Positions 39,724 to 49,901 are shown, counted from the stretch's first letter. The stretch is DNA of 64,000 nt from an uncultured Verrucomicrobiota bacterium (GCA_964342825.1 CAYFHO010000009.1:13292-77291); one strand, 5' to 3'. Program-made: numbers and translations. The notes: a model not told the origin generated them from the sequence alone.

Positions 39724-40743
39724 GTGTCCATTCGATTGACCATTCTTGGGAGCGGGTCCAGAGGGAATTGTGCCTATCTGGAAACCGATGGGGTGCGGCT
39801 CTTGATTGATGCAGGATTCAGCGGAAAGCGAATTCGTGAACGGTTGGCCAGTATCGGACGTTCCCCGGAAACACTGACCGGCATCCTGGTGACCCATGAA
39901 CATTCGGATCATACCATGGGACTCAAAGTCATCGCCTCAAAACTTGGAATCCCACTTTATGTCAATCGATTGACTCTTGATGCGATTACTTGTCAGACCA
40001 AAGCGCCATTCAACAGCAGAATTTTTCAGACGGGTCAGTCCTTTGAGGTGGGAGATGTTGAAGTTGAAACATTTTCGATTCCACACGATGCTCAGGATCC
40101 TGTGGGATTCCTCATCCGCTCGAACCATGGTCACGTCGGTTTTCTCACGGATTTGGGGCATGCCACTCGTCTGGTTCTGGATCGTGTTCGGCCCGCAAAA
40201 GCTTTGGTTTTAGAAACCAACTATGATCTCCAGTTGCTTCAGGAAGACACCAAAAGACCGTGGAGCATCAAACAACGCATCACCAGTCGGCATGGGCATT
40301 TGAGCAACAGTGCTGCAGGTGATGCCGCGAGAGAATTGGTTTCAGGTGAGTTGGAACACATTTACATGGCTCATTTGTCAAAGGATTGTAACGATCCAGC
40401 TTTGGCTGAAAAGACGGTCCAACAAGAAATCGACAAGACTGGCGCCAGGCACATACGCATCCACAGAACCCAACAAGACACCCCCTGCCCTACCTTGATT
40501 CTTGGCGAAGAATCCAGCATTGAAACTAGCGCCACCGAAGAATTGAATCCTGAAGGAATCAAGCTTTCCAAAAAGGAACTTGTCATTACGGAGAAAAAAC
40601 ACGAATTGACGAGGGAACCACAAACCGATTCCACAGGCGGCTTGCGTGCAACTGGTCAGGCAGATGAAACCTCACATCGATCTTTTTTCAGTGGGCTGCA
40701 GAATGTGCTGGATGATATAGAAAACGAAAGAGATTCAGATTAA
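39724..40743 (+). CDS. MBL-fold metallohydrolase (YycJ/WalJ-like)
   Basis: GSGSRGN, THEHSDH, HDAQDP, TDLG, GHLSN, HLS. Confidence 0.9.
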   Translation: MSIRLTILGSGSRGNCAYLETDGVRLLIDAGFSGKRIRERLASIGRSPETLTGILVTHEHSDHTMGLKVIASKLGIPLYVNRLTLDAITCQTKAPFNSRIFQTGQSFEVGDVEVETFSIPHDAQDPVGFLIRSNHGHVGFLTDLGHATRLVLDRVRPAKALVLETNYDLQLLQEDTKRPWSIKQRITSRHGHLSNSAAGDAARELVSGELEHIYMAHLSKDCNDPALAEKTVQQEIDKTGARHIRIHRTQQDTPCPTLILGEESSIETSATEELNPEGIKLSKKELVITEKKHELTREPQTDSTGGLRATGQADETSHRSFFSGLQNVLDDIENERDSD

Positions 40744-40760
40744 CAAGAAAGGTTTTATTC

Positions 40761-41879
40761 ATGAGTTTACAAGAAGATCTCCAGATTCATGCTGAGCTTC
40801 CCAAGCAAAAAGATATACCCATTGGTATTATAGGCAGTGGATTCATTGTGAATGACTGCCACTTGCCTGCTTATCGAAAGGCTGGATTCAATCCCGCAGG
40901 AATTGCTTCGCGGACTGCTTCGAAAGCGCAAGAAGTGGCGAACCAGCATGCGATAAAAACAGTCTACCATACGATTGATGCATTACTGGATGATCCCTCC
41001 CTGCAGATCCTTGACATCGCAGTGCCTCCTAATGCTCAACACGAGGTTATCCTGAAGGCCTGCCAGAAAAAGCACATCAGAGGAATCCTGGCCCAAAAGC
41101 CTTTAGGGATGGATTACTCTGAAGCCGTAAAAATCGTCCAAGCCTGTGAAGACGCTGGGATAGTTTTGTCCGTTAATCAAAACATGCGCTATGATCAATC
41201 CGTTCGAGCTGCAAAGGCTTTGTTGAACTCGGATAAGATCGGGCAACCCATTTTGGCAAATATCGACATGCGAGGTATTCCACACTGGATGCCATGGCAG
41301 GCAGATTTAGGCTGGGTGACGTTGCGCATTATGTCCATTCATCATCTCGATTGTTTTAGATACTGGTTTGGCGATCCTGTTGGGATTTTTTGTAGTGTCA
41401 GAACGGACCCAAGAACCCAATTTCCTCACACCGACGGAATTTGCACCTACATCCTTGAATACGAAAGCGGGCTTCGATGTCTTGGATTGGACGACACCTG
41501 GACAGGGCCAGCCAGAGAGGGGTGCCCTGGTGATATTCGAATTGAATGGCGCATTGAAGGAATGAATGGTCTGGCCATGGGAGACATCGGATGGTGCAAG
41601 GATCCATACACATCACCCTCCTCGATTCGATATGCGTCGAAGGGAGATGAGGCTTTCAATACCCCCAGTTGGAATGAAAGTTGGTTTCCAGACGCGTTCA
41701 TCGGCACAATGGCTCAGCTTTTGGTCGCATTAGAGAAGAAGGAGAAACCATCCATCGATGGACGAGATAATCTGAAGACCATGGCTCTGGTTGAAGCGGC
41801 TTACAGGAGTGCAGAGACCAAACGGCTGGTGACATTGGACGAAATCACGGGCAATACTTTTCGAGAGGGGCCTCTCTAA
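40761..41879 (+). CDS. Gfo/Idh/MocA oxidoreductase
   Basis: GIIGSG, QKP, NQNMR, MSIHHLD. Confidence 0.88.
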   Translation: MSLQEDLQIHAELPKQKDIPIGIIGSGFIVNDCHLPAYRKAGFNPAGIASRTASKAQEVANQHAIKTVYHTIDALLDDPSLQILDIAVPPNAQHEVILKACQKKHIRGILAQKPLGMDYSEAVKIVQACEDAGIVLSVNQNMRYDQSVRAAKALLNSDKIGQPILANIDMRGIPHWMPWQADLGWVTLRIMSIHHLDCFRYWFGDPVGIFCSVRTDPRTQFPHTDGICTYILEYESGLRCLGLDDTWTGPAREGCPGDIRIEWRIEGMNGLAMGDIGWCKDPYTSPSSIRYASKGDEAFNTPSWNESWFPDAFIGTMAQLLVALEKKEKPSIDGRDNLKTMALVEAAYRSAETKRLVTLDEITGNTFREGPL

Positions 41880-41928
41880 TTTCATGGCAAATCAATCCAC
41901 CTGAAACATAAGACAAACACAGAATCCT

Positions 41929-42759
41929 ATGAGACTCGGCATCATCAACAGCGCATTCGAACAAGTAGGCATGGATACTCAAACCGGCCTCGAACACATT
42001 GCACGTATCGGTTTCGATTGCGTGGATATTTTCACAGAAGCGTGCACCCTTAAAGCTTCTGAAGCAAAAGCGATTCAAAAGACCTGTAAGCAATTGAAAT
42101 TACCCATCGTCTCGCTTCCGGTAGTCGCAGTTGGTTTGATCGATTTTAATGACCCGGTTCGCAAATACCATGTGGACCGTTGTAAAAGGTTTATCGACCT
42201 CGCCAGTCGTTGGGAAGCTGACAACATTTTACTAGTGCTTGGTGAATACATTTGGCAACGAGAAGTCATTCCTCCACAGGCGCAATGGGAATGGGCCATT
42301 GAAACTTGCAGGGAACTGGGTGATTACGCGAAGACAAAAGGTGTTGAAATTGCCCTGGAACTGGAACCCTTCAGAATGAGTCTTTTGAACAACGTCCAGT
42401 CAATGGCTAAATTCATCAAGGATTGTGATCACCCACAAGTTAAAGCAAACATCGATATCAGTCATCTCGTGCTTTCGGACACCAGTCCTAATGAGTTGAA
42501 GAAGCTCAAAGGTAATGCCATTCATGTTCACATCAGCGACTGTGATGGTAAGGTCCATGGAGATCTGCCTCCAGGCAGAGGAGTGGTCAAATTTGAACCC
42601 TACCTTCAAGCCGTCAAAGAATTGAAAATTGATGGAGTTGTATCCATTGAATTGGAGTATTCACCCAACCCAAAACGTATCGTTCAATGGGTTGAGGAAG
42701 CCTACCGAGAAACAGCAAAACGCATGGAACTGGTTGGTCTACGTTCTTACCAAAAATAA
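41929..42759 (+). CDS. Sugar phosphate isomerase/epimerase (TIM barrel)
   Basis: ELEP, DISH, HVHISD, PPGRG, SIELE. Confidence 0.88.
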   Translation: MRLGIINSAFEQVGMDTQTGLEHIARIGFDCVDIFTEACTLKASEAKAIQKTCKQLKLPIVSLPVVAVGLIDFNDPVRKYHVDRCKRFIDLASRWEADNILLVLGEYIWQREVIPPQAQWEWAIETCRELGDYAKTKGVEIALELEPFRMSLLNNVQSMAKFIKDCDHPQVKANIDISHLVLSDTSPNELKKLKGNAIHVHISDCDGKVHGDLPPGRGVVKFEPYLQAVKELKIDGVVSIELEYSPNPKRIVQWVEEAYRETAKRMELVGLRSYQK

Positions 42760-42782
42760 TTCACCATTCGATCAGTTGAATC

Positions 42783-43217
42783 TTATTTATCCTGGAAATT
42801 CTCAGGACAGATCAGGCGAAGTTTTCGTCGATCGGGATATTGGTAATGTGTTCTAAATTCCTGCTTAACGGTCATGATTTGACTTTCTTTGGCCTGTTCA
42901 CTCAGGACAACAAGGCAAGCTTCTGAAAAAGTCATGGGAATCTCCCTGAATTGATTCATCAATCGAAAAATTTGTGGATAAAACTCATCCAAAGATCCAG
43001 TCAACCGAAGGGTGCCGGATTCCAGAAAACGTTTCATCGCCCTCATACCGGCCGGGTGATGGCAGATTTGACGGTTTACGGCTTCAATCACAGCCTGACA
43101 TGATAACAATGGAGGTTTGATCTGCCTAAGTTGCTCCCCTACCCAGGGGTTCCATTGGGTATCTGCCACCAGAAAAGCCACCAGCGCAGAAGCATCGATG
43201 TAGACCTTGGAAAGCAT
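42783..43217 (-). CDS. PIN-domain (VapC-like) protein, degenerate active site
   Basis: YIDASALVAFL, PPLLSC, MTFSEACLV; 7 bp downstream of an RHH gene. Confidence 0.75.
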   Translation of the reverse strand: MLSKVYIDASALVAFLVADTQWNPWVGEQLRQIKPPLLSCQAVIEAVNRQICHHPAGMRAMKRFLESGTLRLTGSLDEFYPQIFRLMNQFREIPMTFSEACLVVLSEQAKESQIMTVKQEFRTHYQYPDRRKLRLICPENFQDK

Positions 43218-43224
43218 GGAGTGA

Positions 43225-43443
43225 CTATTCTCTTACTGAGCCTTTCGACTCTGCTTGAGGGACGACTCCTGATCCTTCAACCATTAAATCATAGGCTGAA
43301 ATTTCTTTTTTGTTGCGGGATTTTTTAAAGTGCTTCTCCAGTGCTTGTCTCATAATTTGAGATTTTGTGGTCTGGCCAGATGCTACCTCTCTCTCCAACT
43401 GTGCAATCATTTCAGCAGGCAGTTTCATCGTGACTGTTTTCAT
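43225..43443 (-). CDS. CopG/ribbon-helix-helix antitoxin
   Basis: MKTVTMKLP...KSQIMRQALE RHH pattern, SAYDL tail. Confidence 0.8.
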   Translation of the reverse strand: MKTVTMKLPAEMIAQLEREVASGQTTKSQIMRQALEKHFKKSRNKKEISAYDLMVEGSGVVPQAESKGSVRE

Positions 43444-43516
43444 GGGAAAACATCATAAAAACCTGCACTAAATTGACAAATTAATTTTATCGATATTACG
43501 CCACGTAAAAATGAAC

Positions 43517-44458
43517 TCATACTTCCTCCCCAAGAATTTTGCTGGTTGTTTTAAAATGAATCTTGCTGGTTTCATTCAAGATGTCTTTTCCATATTCAGA
43601 CACCAGTCGTTTACCTGTTTCAATGACCTTCTGACTGGCACCTTTGGGGATTTCCATATTGAATCGCTTGCTTAATTCATCGATTCGATGAACAAAGGCG
43701 TCGCGAGCAAGAATCGAAGCTGCTGCCACTGCCAAATCGGATTCTGCTTTATGTCGTTGGACGAGTTCAATTTCACGACCTGAAGCCATCAGCGCATTGG
43801 AGACAGTTGATTTTGACCTGGCAAATTGATCGCTAATAGCCCTAACGGGGGGTGGTTGCATGAGATCCTTACGCAACATCAGATTCTCAATCACCCTAGC
43901 ATGTCCCCAGGCCAAAATTGAATTCACCGACCTCATTTTGTGGTTCAATCGATTGTAGGCTTCTGGACCAATGGGAACCACCGAGTAAAGGCATCCTTTG
44001 GTCTTCCTGATCACATCTGCAAGGGCAGCAATTCGTTTGTCGCTGGAAACGCGTTTGGAATCCATCAGTCCCGCTTGTTCCCAACCCTCAATCATGCTTT
44101 CATTTAAGTAAACACCTGCAACACACAGGGGGCCAAAGTAATCACCTTTTCCACTCTCATCGATTCCTATTCTTGGATCAAGTCGTGATGGATCAAGAAT
44201 GTTTTCATAACCAAGTTTAACCTCCTCCAAAATTTCAGGTTCCAAAATGAATTGCACAAACTCCTGGGTCCCCTTCCCTTGAACGACCAGTTTACCGGAG
44301 GTATAAAAAACGACGTTGAGTTTGTCCTTTTTTCCGGCAAAAGCAGAGTAAGGCACTTCGCGAAATTCAAAGCCCTGACTTTTCAATACCTCAAACAGCT
44401 TGTCAGCTTGCCCGGATTGAAGTTTGCACGTATAGGTGGTGATCGGTTTGGCCGTCAT
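43517..44458 (-). CDS. rnhC: Ribonuclease HIII
   Basis: N-terminal TBP-like domain (YTSGKLVVQGK), GIDESGKGDYFGPL, DSK, DQF, VAAASILAR, KIHFKT; start set at MTAKP. Confidence 0.93.
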   Translation of the reverse strand: MTAKPITTYTCKLQSGQADKLFEVLKSQGFEFREVPYSAFAGKKDKLNVVFYTSGKLVVQGKGTQEFVQFILEPEILEEVKLGYENILDPSRLDPRIGIDESGKGDYFGPLCVAGVYLNESMIEGWEQAGLMDSKRVSSDKRIAALADVIRKTKGCLYSVVPIGPEAYNRLNHKMRSVNSILAWGHARVIENLMLRKDLMQPPPVRAISDQFARSKSTVSNALMASGREIELVQRHKAESDLAVAAASILARDAFVHRIDELSKRFNMEIPKGASQKVIETGKRLVSEYGKDILNETSKIHFKTTSKILGEEV

Positions 44459-44497
44459 GGCAGAACCGAGGATAGAAAGCCTCCATGAAAAAGGCAA
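44459..44497. promoter_or_regulatory. Overlapping divergent promoters of rnhC and mutY
   Basis: Minus: TTGCCT-N17-TATCCT-N10-ATG. Plus: TAGAAA-N6-ATG. The -10 boxes overlap. Confidence 0.5.
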
Positions 44498-45600
44498 ACA
44501 AGACCCTACAAAAAGAATTTATCCGACCTCTGCTCAAGTGGTATCGACAGCATGCCCGAACATTACCTTGGCGTGAAACTAGTGATCCTTACTCCATATG
44601 GGTCTCCGAAATCATGTTGCAGCAAACTCAGGTTGCGACGGTAATTCCTTACTGGGAGCGTTGGATGAAGACTCTTCCAACGATCTCTGCACTAGCCGAT
44701 GCATCCGCGGATCAAATCCACAAACTCTGGGAAGGATTGGGATATTACCGACGAGTGCGTCTGATGCAGAAGGCGGCCATCTTCATTCAAGAAAATCATC
44801 ATGGCACTTTTCCTGAAGATTTTGAAGCCATTCTGGCTTTACCTGGAATAGGACCATACACGGCAGGAGCCATATCCAGTATTGCTTTCGATAAACCAAG
44901 TCCGATCCTGGATGGTAATGTCATGCGCGTATTAACCCGGGTATACGGCATTCAGAAAAACCCCAAAGAATCAACATGCCAAAAAGGGCTTTGGGAATTA
45001 TCCAGATCTTGGGTCCAACAAGCTCATCTTTTAATACCGCGAAAAAGACATGATTGCAGCCACCTGAACCAGGCTTTGATGGAACTGGGGGCAACCGTTT
45101 GTTTACCAAATCAGTCGGCCAAATGTGACCAATGCCCGATTCGTAAAAAATGCAAAGCCTACGAACTTAAAATTGTTTCAGCTTTACCTAACCTACCCCA
45201 ACGTCGATCCAACGTTTTTGTGCATCGTCTTGTGCTGGTCATCAAGAGTCAGGGTAAGTTTATGATCCAGAAACCAAAAGCCAATGAACATAATTCCGGC
45301 ATGTGTGAATTTTTTAATTTCCAGGTTCAAAAAACCAAGAAGGGCAAACTGACTCCAGAGATGGTTCAGGAAGAATTAAGCCAAAGAGGAATGGAATACC
45401 AGGGCCTTTCCCATCTCCTTACATTGAAACACACTATCACTCATCACCGAATCACCTTACACTGCTTTACAATAACTCAGTGTTTGGACTCCAAAACTAA
45501 CCCTGAAGACACTCTCTGGTGCACCAAGCGGCAAATCGAAATGGCAGCCATGCCCAGTGCTCATCAAAAGATTCGCCGTGCTGTCCTGGACAAATTATAG
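44485..45600 (+). CDS. mutY: A/G-specific adenine glycosylase
   Basis: WVSEIMLQQTQV, WEGLGYY, LPGIGPYTA, DGNVMRV, 4Fe-4S Cys cluster. Confidence 0.96.
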   Translation: MKKANKTLQKEFIRPLLKWYRQHARTLPWRETSDPYSIWVSEIMLQQTQVATVIPYWERWMKTLPTISALADASADQIHKLWEGLGYYRRVRLMQKAAIFIQENHHGTFPEDFEAILALPGIGPYTAGAISSIAFDKPSPILDGNVMRVLTRVYGIQKNPKESTCQKGLWELSRSWVQQAHLLIPRKRHDCSHLNQALMELGATVCLPNQSAKCDQCPIRKKCKAYELKIVSALPNLPQRRSNVFVHRLVLVIKSQGKFMIQKPKANEHNSGMCEFFNFQVQKTKKGKLTPEMVQEELSQRGMEYQGLSHLLTLKHTITHHRITLHCFTITQCLDSKTNPEDTLWCTKRQIEMAAMPSAHQKIRRAVLDKL

Positions 45601-45632
45601 GGTTGATGGATCTCCAAGCGTCCCAATTCTGG

Positions 45633-46523
45633 TTAAGAAACCGCCTTAACAACCAAAGCTGAACAAGGAAGTTCACGTAGAACTCTCTCAGCGGTCGAGC
45701 CAGTCAACATATACCTGAGATTAGACTTACCTTTGGTTCCTAGCACGATCAAATCAGCTCCCGTTTTTCTTGCGAAGGAAGCGATACCGTAACCGCAATT
45801 TGAGGCCGGGCACAATTCATAATCGTGCTGAATGTCACTTGGTATGGGGGCAAAATCTTTGAGTTTCTGCATCAGGGCAGTTTCAAAGCGTTTCTGAAAT
45901 GCCACATCGGATCCAGGAGTTGGAGCCATGTAGCGCAACCGATCCCAGGGCGGCTGGAAGACGTGGATAATGGACAAATGACTTTTCTCAATTTGTGCGA
46001 CATTGATGGCCTGCTGGACAACTTCATGACTTGTTTTAGAGAAGTCCACACAGGCAACAACATGCCTGAAGTCCTTCTTCTGTCGCGCATGAACGGCCAG
46101 CACTCTGATGGGTGAGGTGCGGATGAGCTTGCTTGCCCAGACGCCAATGGCAGTTTTGTTCCCCTCGTGCTCTTGTCCGGTCAGGCCTACAAGTAGGAGA
46201 TCGATTTGTTTTTCCTTAATCCTGCTGAGAATGCAGTCCAGCGGTTGACCTGAAACGATCGATGGCTTGAGCTTGTTTTGAATATTGATATCAGCCAGCC
46301 ATTTGTTCAATTGCTGCTCAGCATTTGATATGAATAGTTTCTCAGTTTCCTCAGGAGATTGGTGCAGCGCTTCAGCCAGATCATTCAAATCACTGGTGTC
46401 GACGACATGGAGTAGATCCAACTGGGTGCCATCGCGCTCACTGAGCCGTATTCCCTGTTTGATTGCTGCAGTGGAGCCGGAAGAAAAATCTGTTGCAAGT
46501 AGTATTTTTTTAACGTCTTTCAT
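45633..46523 (-). CDS. Universal stress protein (tandem Usp domains)
   Basis: ILLATDFS, VACVDFS, DLIVLG..G, GSTAERV. Confidence 0.92.
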   Translation of the reverse strand: MKDVKKILLATDFSSGSTAAIKQGIRLSERDGTQLDLLHVVDTSDLNDLAEALHQSPEETEKLFISNAEQQLNKWLADINIQNKLKPSIVSGQPLDCILSRIKEKQIDLLLVGLTGQEHEGNKTAIGVWASKLIRTSPIRVLAVHARQKKDFRHVVACVDFSKTSHEVVQQAINVAQIEKSHLSIIHVFQPPWDRLRYMAPTPGSDVAFQKRFETALMQKLKDFAPIPSDIQHDYELCPASNCGYGIASFARKTGADLIVLGTKGKSNLRYMLTGSTAERVLRELPCSALVVKAVS

Positions 46524-46636
46524 GATCCGCTGGATGAGTGAATGATCTTACATTTCAACTTAGCACGCATAAAGGCGAAATCCATACCATCCTCAAAAAA
46601 TTCTTCACTAAAGAAACCTGAAATCATTCCCAAATA

Positions 46637-46670
46637 GGAAGGGCGGTCTTCTCACGAGGACCGCCCTTCC
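46637..46670. terminator. Strong hairpin downstream of Gfo/Idh/MocA gene
   Basis: ggaagggcggtcttc-tcac-gaggaccgcccttcc, 15-bp stem. Confidence 0.7.
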
Positions 46671-46690
46671 CTAACTGGAATTCAAGATCC

Positions 46691-47854
46691 TTAAATCTTC
46701 ACCCACTGACGTGATTCAGCAGACTCCTCAACAGCTTCCATGACACGTTGATTCCTCATGCCGTCTTCAAAAGTAGGCTGAACTGGTTTTCCATCCACGA
46801 CAGCATTAACGAAATCTGCCAATGTGTGAACGAATGTATGCTCATAGCCGATGATGTGACCGGGAGGCCACCATTGTCCTACGAATGGGTGATCTCCGCC
46901 CGGCTGGGTGACGAGGATGTCGCTGAAACCCTGTCGATCGGTAGCCACGGTGTTGTCAAACCATTTCAACCGGTTCATGTCTTCGAAATCGAAATAGAGT
47001 GAGCCTTTGGAACCGTTGATTTCAATGACGATATTGTTCTTTCGTCCCAAGGCAAATCGTGTGGCTTCAAGATTGGCCACTGCACCATTTTTAAATTTAC
47101 CAATAAACAAAGCCGCATCGTCCACAGTCACTTCGCCCATTGTTTTTCCGCCAGCTCCACCAAGACCATCGCCCTTGCCTGTTGCATCTTCAATTGGACG
47201 TTGTTTGATAAAGGTATTCATCATGCCGCAAACCTCGTCGAATTCTCCTACGAGGTATCGACCGAGATCAATGATGTGCGCATTTATGTCGCCGTGTGCA
47301 CCGCTGCCGCTGATTCCCTTCTGCAATCTCCAGACAAGAGGGAAGTCAGGATCCACAATCCAATCCTGAGCATAACGGGCGCGATAATGGTAAATGTCAC
47401 CCAAGGTTCCATCTTCAATCATTTTTTTGGCGTGAGCAATGGCAGGGATACGGCGATAATTGTGGCAGACCATGTGGACGACGCCCGCTTCATTGGCAGC
47501 GTCCACCATTTCCTGACACTGCGCAACGGTCATGCCCAGAGGCTTTTCACATAAGACGTGTTTGCCGGCTTTTGCCGCTGCAATGGAAATTTCGGCATGC
47601 GAATCGTTGGGGGTATTGATGTCTACAATGTCGATCTCAGGGTTATTGATCACTTCTTCCCAACTTGTTGAGATATTGTTCCATCCAAGTTCTTTGGCAG
47701 ATGCTTCCAGAGCCTCTTTGTTTCGCCCACAGATGGTGTGCATCTCCAGATCAGCTTTAAGGGGAAAGAAATGCGGTGCTTGCCTCCAGCCATTGGAATG
47801 CGCTTTTCCCATGAATCGGTAACCGATCATGCCGACTTTAAGTGTTTTGGACAT
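46691..47854 (-). CDS. Gfo/Idh/MocA oxidoreductase (levoglucosan dehydrogenase-like subfamily)
   Basis: GYRFMGKAHS, CEKP, NYRRIPA, QDW, GSGAHGD..AH, EATR. Confidence 0.9.
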   Translation of the reverse strand: MSKTLKVGMIGYRFMGKAHSNGWRQAPHFFPLKADLEMHTICGRNKEALEASAKELGWNNISTSWEEVINNPEIDIVDINTPNDSHAEISIAAAKAGKHVLCEKPLGMTVAQCQEMVDAANEAGVVHMVCHNYRRIPAIAHAKKMIEDGTLGDIYHYRARYAQDWIVDPDFPLVWRLQKGISGSGAHGDINAHIIDLGRYLVGEFDEVCGMMNTFIKQRPIEDATGKGDGLGGAGGKTMGEVTVDDAALFIGKFKNGAVANLEATRFALGRKNNIVIEINGSKGSLYFDFEDMNRLKWFDNTVATDRQGFSDILVTQPGGDHPFVGQWWPPGHIIGYEHTFVHTLADFVNAVVDGKPVQPTFEDGMRNQRVMEAVEESAESRQWVKI

Positions 47855-47949
47855 AACTATTTGCTATACGTCTAAGATTAAGGATTGATTCAGATAATGG
47901 GTGCTTTATAAAGAGATCTCGATGCCAAGTCAACGAGTGACTTGAAGTT

Positions 47950-48324
47950 ATGTTGATACAAATTCTCAAATCAAAATTGCACCTCGCCACCGTCACGGAT
48001 TCCTGTGTGGACTACGAAGGCAGCATGACCATATCCAAGGACATCATGGAATTGGCAGGAATTTCGCCATATGAAAAAGTGTTGTGCGGCAATATGGCAA
48101 ATGGCAACCGTTTTGAAACCTACGCAATCGAGGGAACGGCGGGCTTGGGGCAGATTATTCTCAACGGAGCCACAGCTCATCTCGGGGATGTAGGAGACCG
48201 CTTGACCATCATGACTTTTGCCAGCATGAGCCGCGAGGACGCTTCCAAGTGGATACCCAAGGTTCTTGTTTTGGATGAGGCGAATCAAATTATTCGCAAG
48301 CGAGGGATTCCTGAACTCGTTTAA
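47950..48324 (+). CDS. panD: Aspartate 1-decarboxylase
   Basis: KSKLHLATVT, YEG|SMTI cleavage site, RFETY, LNGATA. Confidence 0.96.
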   Translation: MLIQILKSKLHLATVTDSCVDYEGSMTISKDIMELAGISPYEKVLCGNMANGNRFETYAIEGTAGLGQIILNGATAHLGDVGDRLTIMTFASMSREDASKWIPKVLVLDEANQIIRKRGIPELV

Positions 48325-48399
48325 GGCGTTAAGTTAATGATCTATCTTTAGTTCCACAGAGATGGATTACTTTCAAATCTGTCACCATCAAATCATCAT

Positions 48400-49407
48400 A
48401 TGTCCAAGTTCAGCCTGAAAACCATTGCAGACCATGTTGAAGGTAAATTAAAGGGAGATCCTGAATCGGAGATCATCGGAATTGCACCTGCGGATGCGGC
48501 ACAGCAAGGCTTTCTGACTTTCGCTGAGAACGAAAAATATCTGGAGAAGGCTCTCAATAGTCAGGCTACGGCTTTGTTGGTTCCCAATCTGGAAATCAGC
48601 ACCGCAAAGTCATGCATACATGTTGATAATGTACGCGTAGCCTTCGCAAAAGTCCTATCCCTCCTTTACCCCGAAAACAAACCAGCATCCGGGGCACACC
48701 CTTCTGCTGTGCTAGATGATACAGCCACGATTGCGTCAACGGCCCATGTTGGACCTCATTGCATCGTGGAAGCAGGAGTCAAAATAGGAGAAGGAGTTGT
48801 GTTGAGCGGGCATGTTCATGTAGGTGCTCATTCTGAAATCGGCGCTGACTCAGCCATCTTTCCGAATGTCACCTTATACCCTTCTACTAAAATTGGATCT
48901 CGAGTGCGCATCCATGCAGGTGCAGTGATCGGTTCTGATGGATATGGTTACGTTATGGATCAAGGATTCCATCGAAAAATACCACAAATAGGAAACGTAA
49001 TTATTGAAGATGATGTTGAGATTGGGGCGAATACAACCATTGATTGCGGAGCTCTTGGGTCCACTCGTATCGGGAAAGGAACGAAAATAGATAACCTGGT
49101 GCAGATCGGCCACAACGTGCAAATCGGGGAAAACAGTATCGTCATTGCCCAGGTGGGAGTAGCGGGAAGTTCAAAAATTGGAAACTACGTCATCCTTGCA
49201 GGCCAGGCGGGAATCGCAGGTCACATTTCCATTGGCGACAAAGTGGTCGTCGCGGCGCAATCAGGCGTCATGCATTCCATTCCTGCAGGTGAAAAATGGT
49301 TAGGCTCCCCTGCCCAGCCCGACCGTCAAGCAAAGCGTCAAATGATTGCCGTGCAGCAATTACCTGGATTGATTAAGAAAGTGAAGAGTATCATGTCAGA
49401 GGAATAA
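48400..49407 (+). CDS. lpxD: UDP-3-O-acylglucosamine N-acyltransferase
   Basis: Hexapeptide repeats, IGSDGYGY, KIPQIG, KIDNLVQIGHN. Confidence 0.95.
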   Translation: MSKFSLKTIADHVEGKLKGDPESEIIGIAPADAAQQGFLTFAENEKYLEKALNSQATALLVPNLEISTAKSCIHVDNVRVAFAKVLSLLYPENKPASGAHPSAVLDDTATIASTAHVGPHCIVEAGVKIGEGVVLSGHVHVGAHSEIGADSAIFPNVTLYPSTKIGSRVRIHAGAVIGSDGYGYVMDQGFHRKIPQIGNVIIEDDVEIGANTTIDCGALGSTRIGKGTKIDNLVQIGHNVQIGENSIVIAQVGVAGSSKIGNYVILAGQAGIAGHISIGDKVVVAAQSGVMHSIPAGEKWLGSPAQPDRQAKRQMIAVQQLPGLIKKVKSIMSEE

Positions 49408-49430
49408 ACCAGGATACTTATCTACCCGAC

Positions 49431-49901
49431 ATGATTAAATCGATCGACCAGCAATGCATTGAAAAATGCCTGGAAGAAGCACGAACGGCCGCTCGTAAAA
49501 GAAGCCATTTGAATTTACATGAGCAGCTTGAAGATCCTGTTCAGCGTCTTTGTATTGCACTAACTGAGGGCACCTACGTCAGGCCTCACCGACATCCTGC
49601 AGCCAACAAATGGGAATTACTTTTAGCCCTAAAGGGAACCAGTTTGTTGGTGATCTTCGACAACGAAGGAAAGATAACAGATCACTTCAAATTGTCTCCA
49701 AATGGTTCCGTGACGGCCATTGAACTCCCACCAAACACTTGGCACACTCTATTACCTGAAGGCAACGAGAGTGTTGTCATGGAGATTAAGGAGGGTCCCT
49801 ACACGCCCAGTCAACCCGAGCATTTTGCCTCTTGGGCTCCAGAGGAAGGCTCTCCTGAGTCACTTGAATTTTTGAGGGATTTAAGGCTGAGAATAAGCTA
49901 A
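49431..49901 (+). CDS. WbuC-family cupin metalloprotein
   Basis: RKRSHLNLH, YVRPHRH, WHT, EIKEGPY, WAPEE. Confidence 0.85.
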   Translation: MIKSIDQQCIEKCLEEARTAARKRSHLNLHEQLEDPVQRLCIALTEGTYVRPHRHPAANKWELLLALKGTSLLVIFDNEGKITDHFKLSPNGSVTAIELPPNTWHTLLPEGNESVVMEIKEGPYTPSQPEHFASWAPEEGSPESLEFLRDLRLRIS

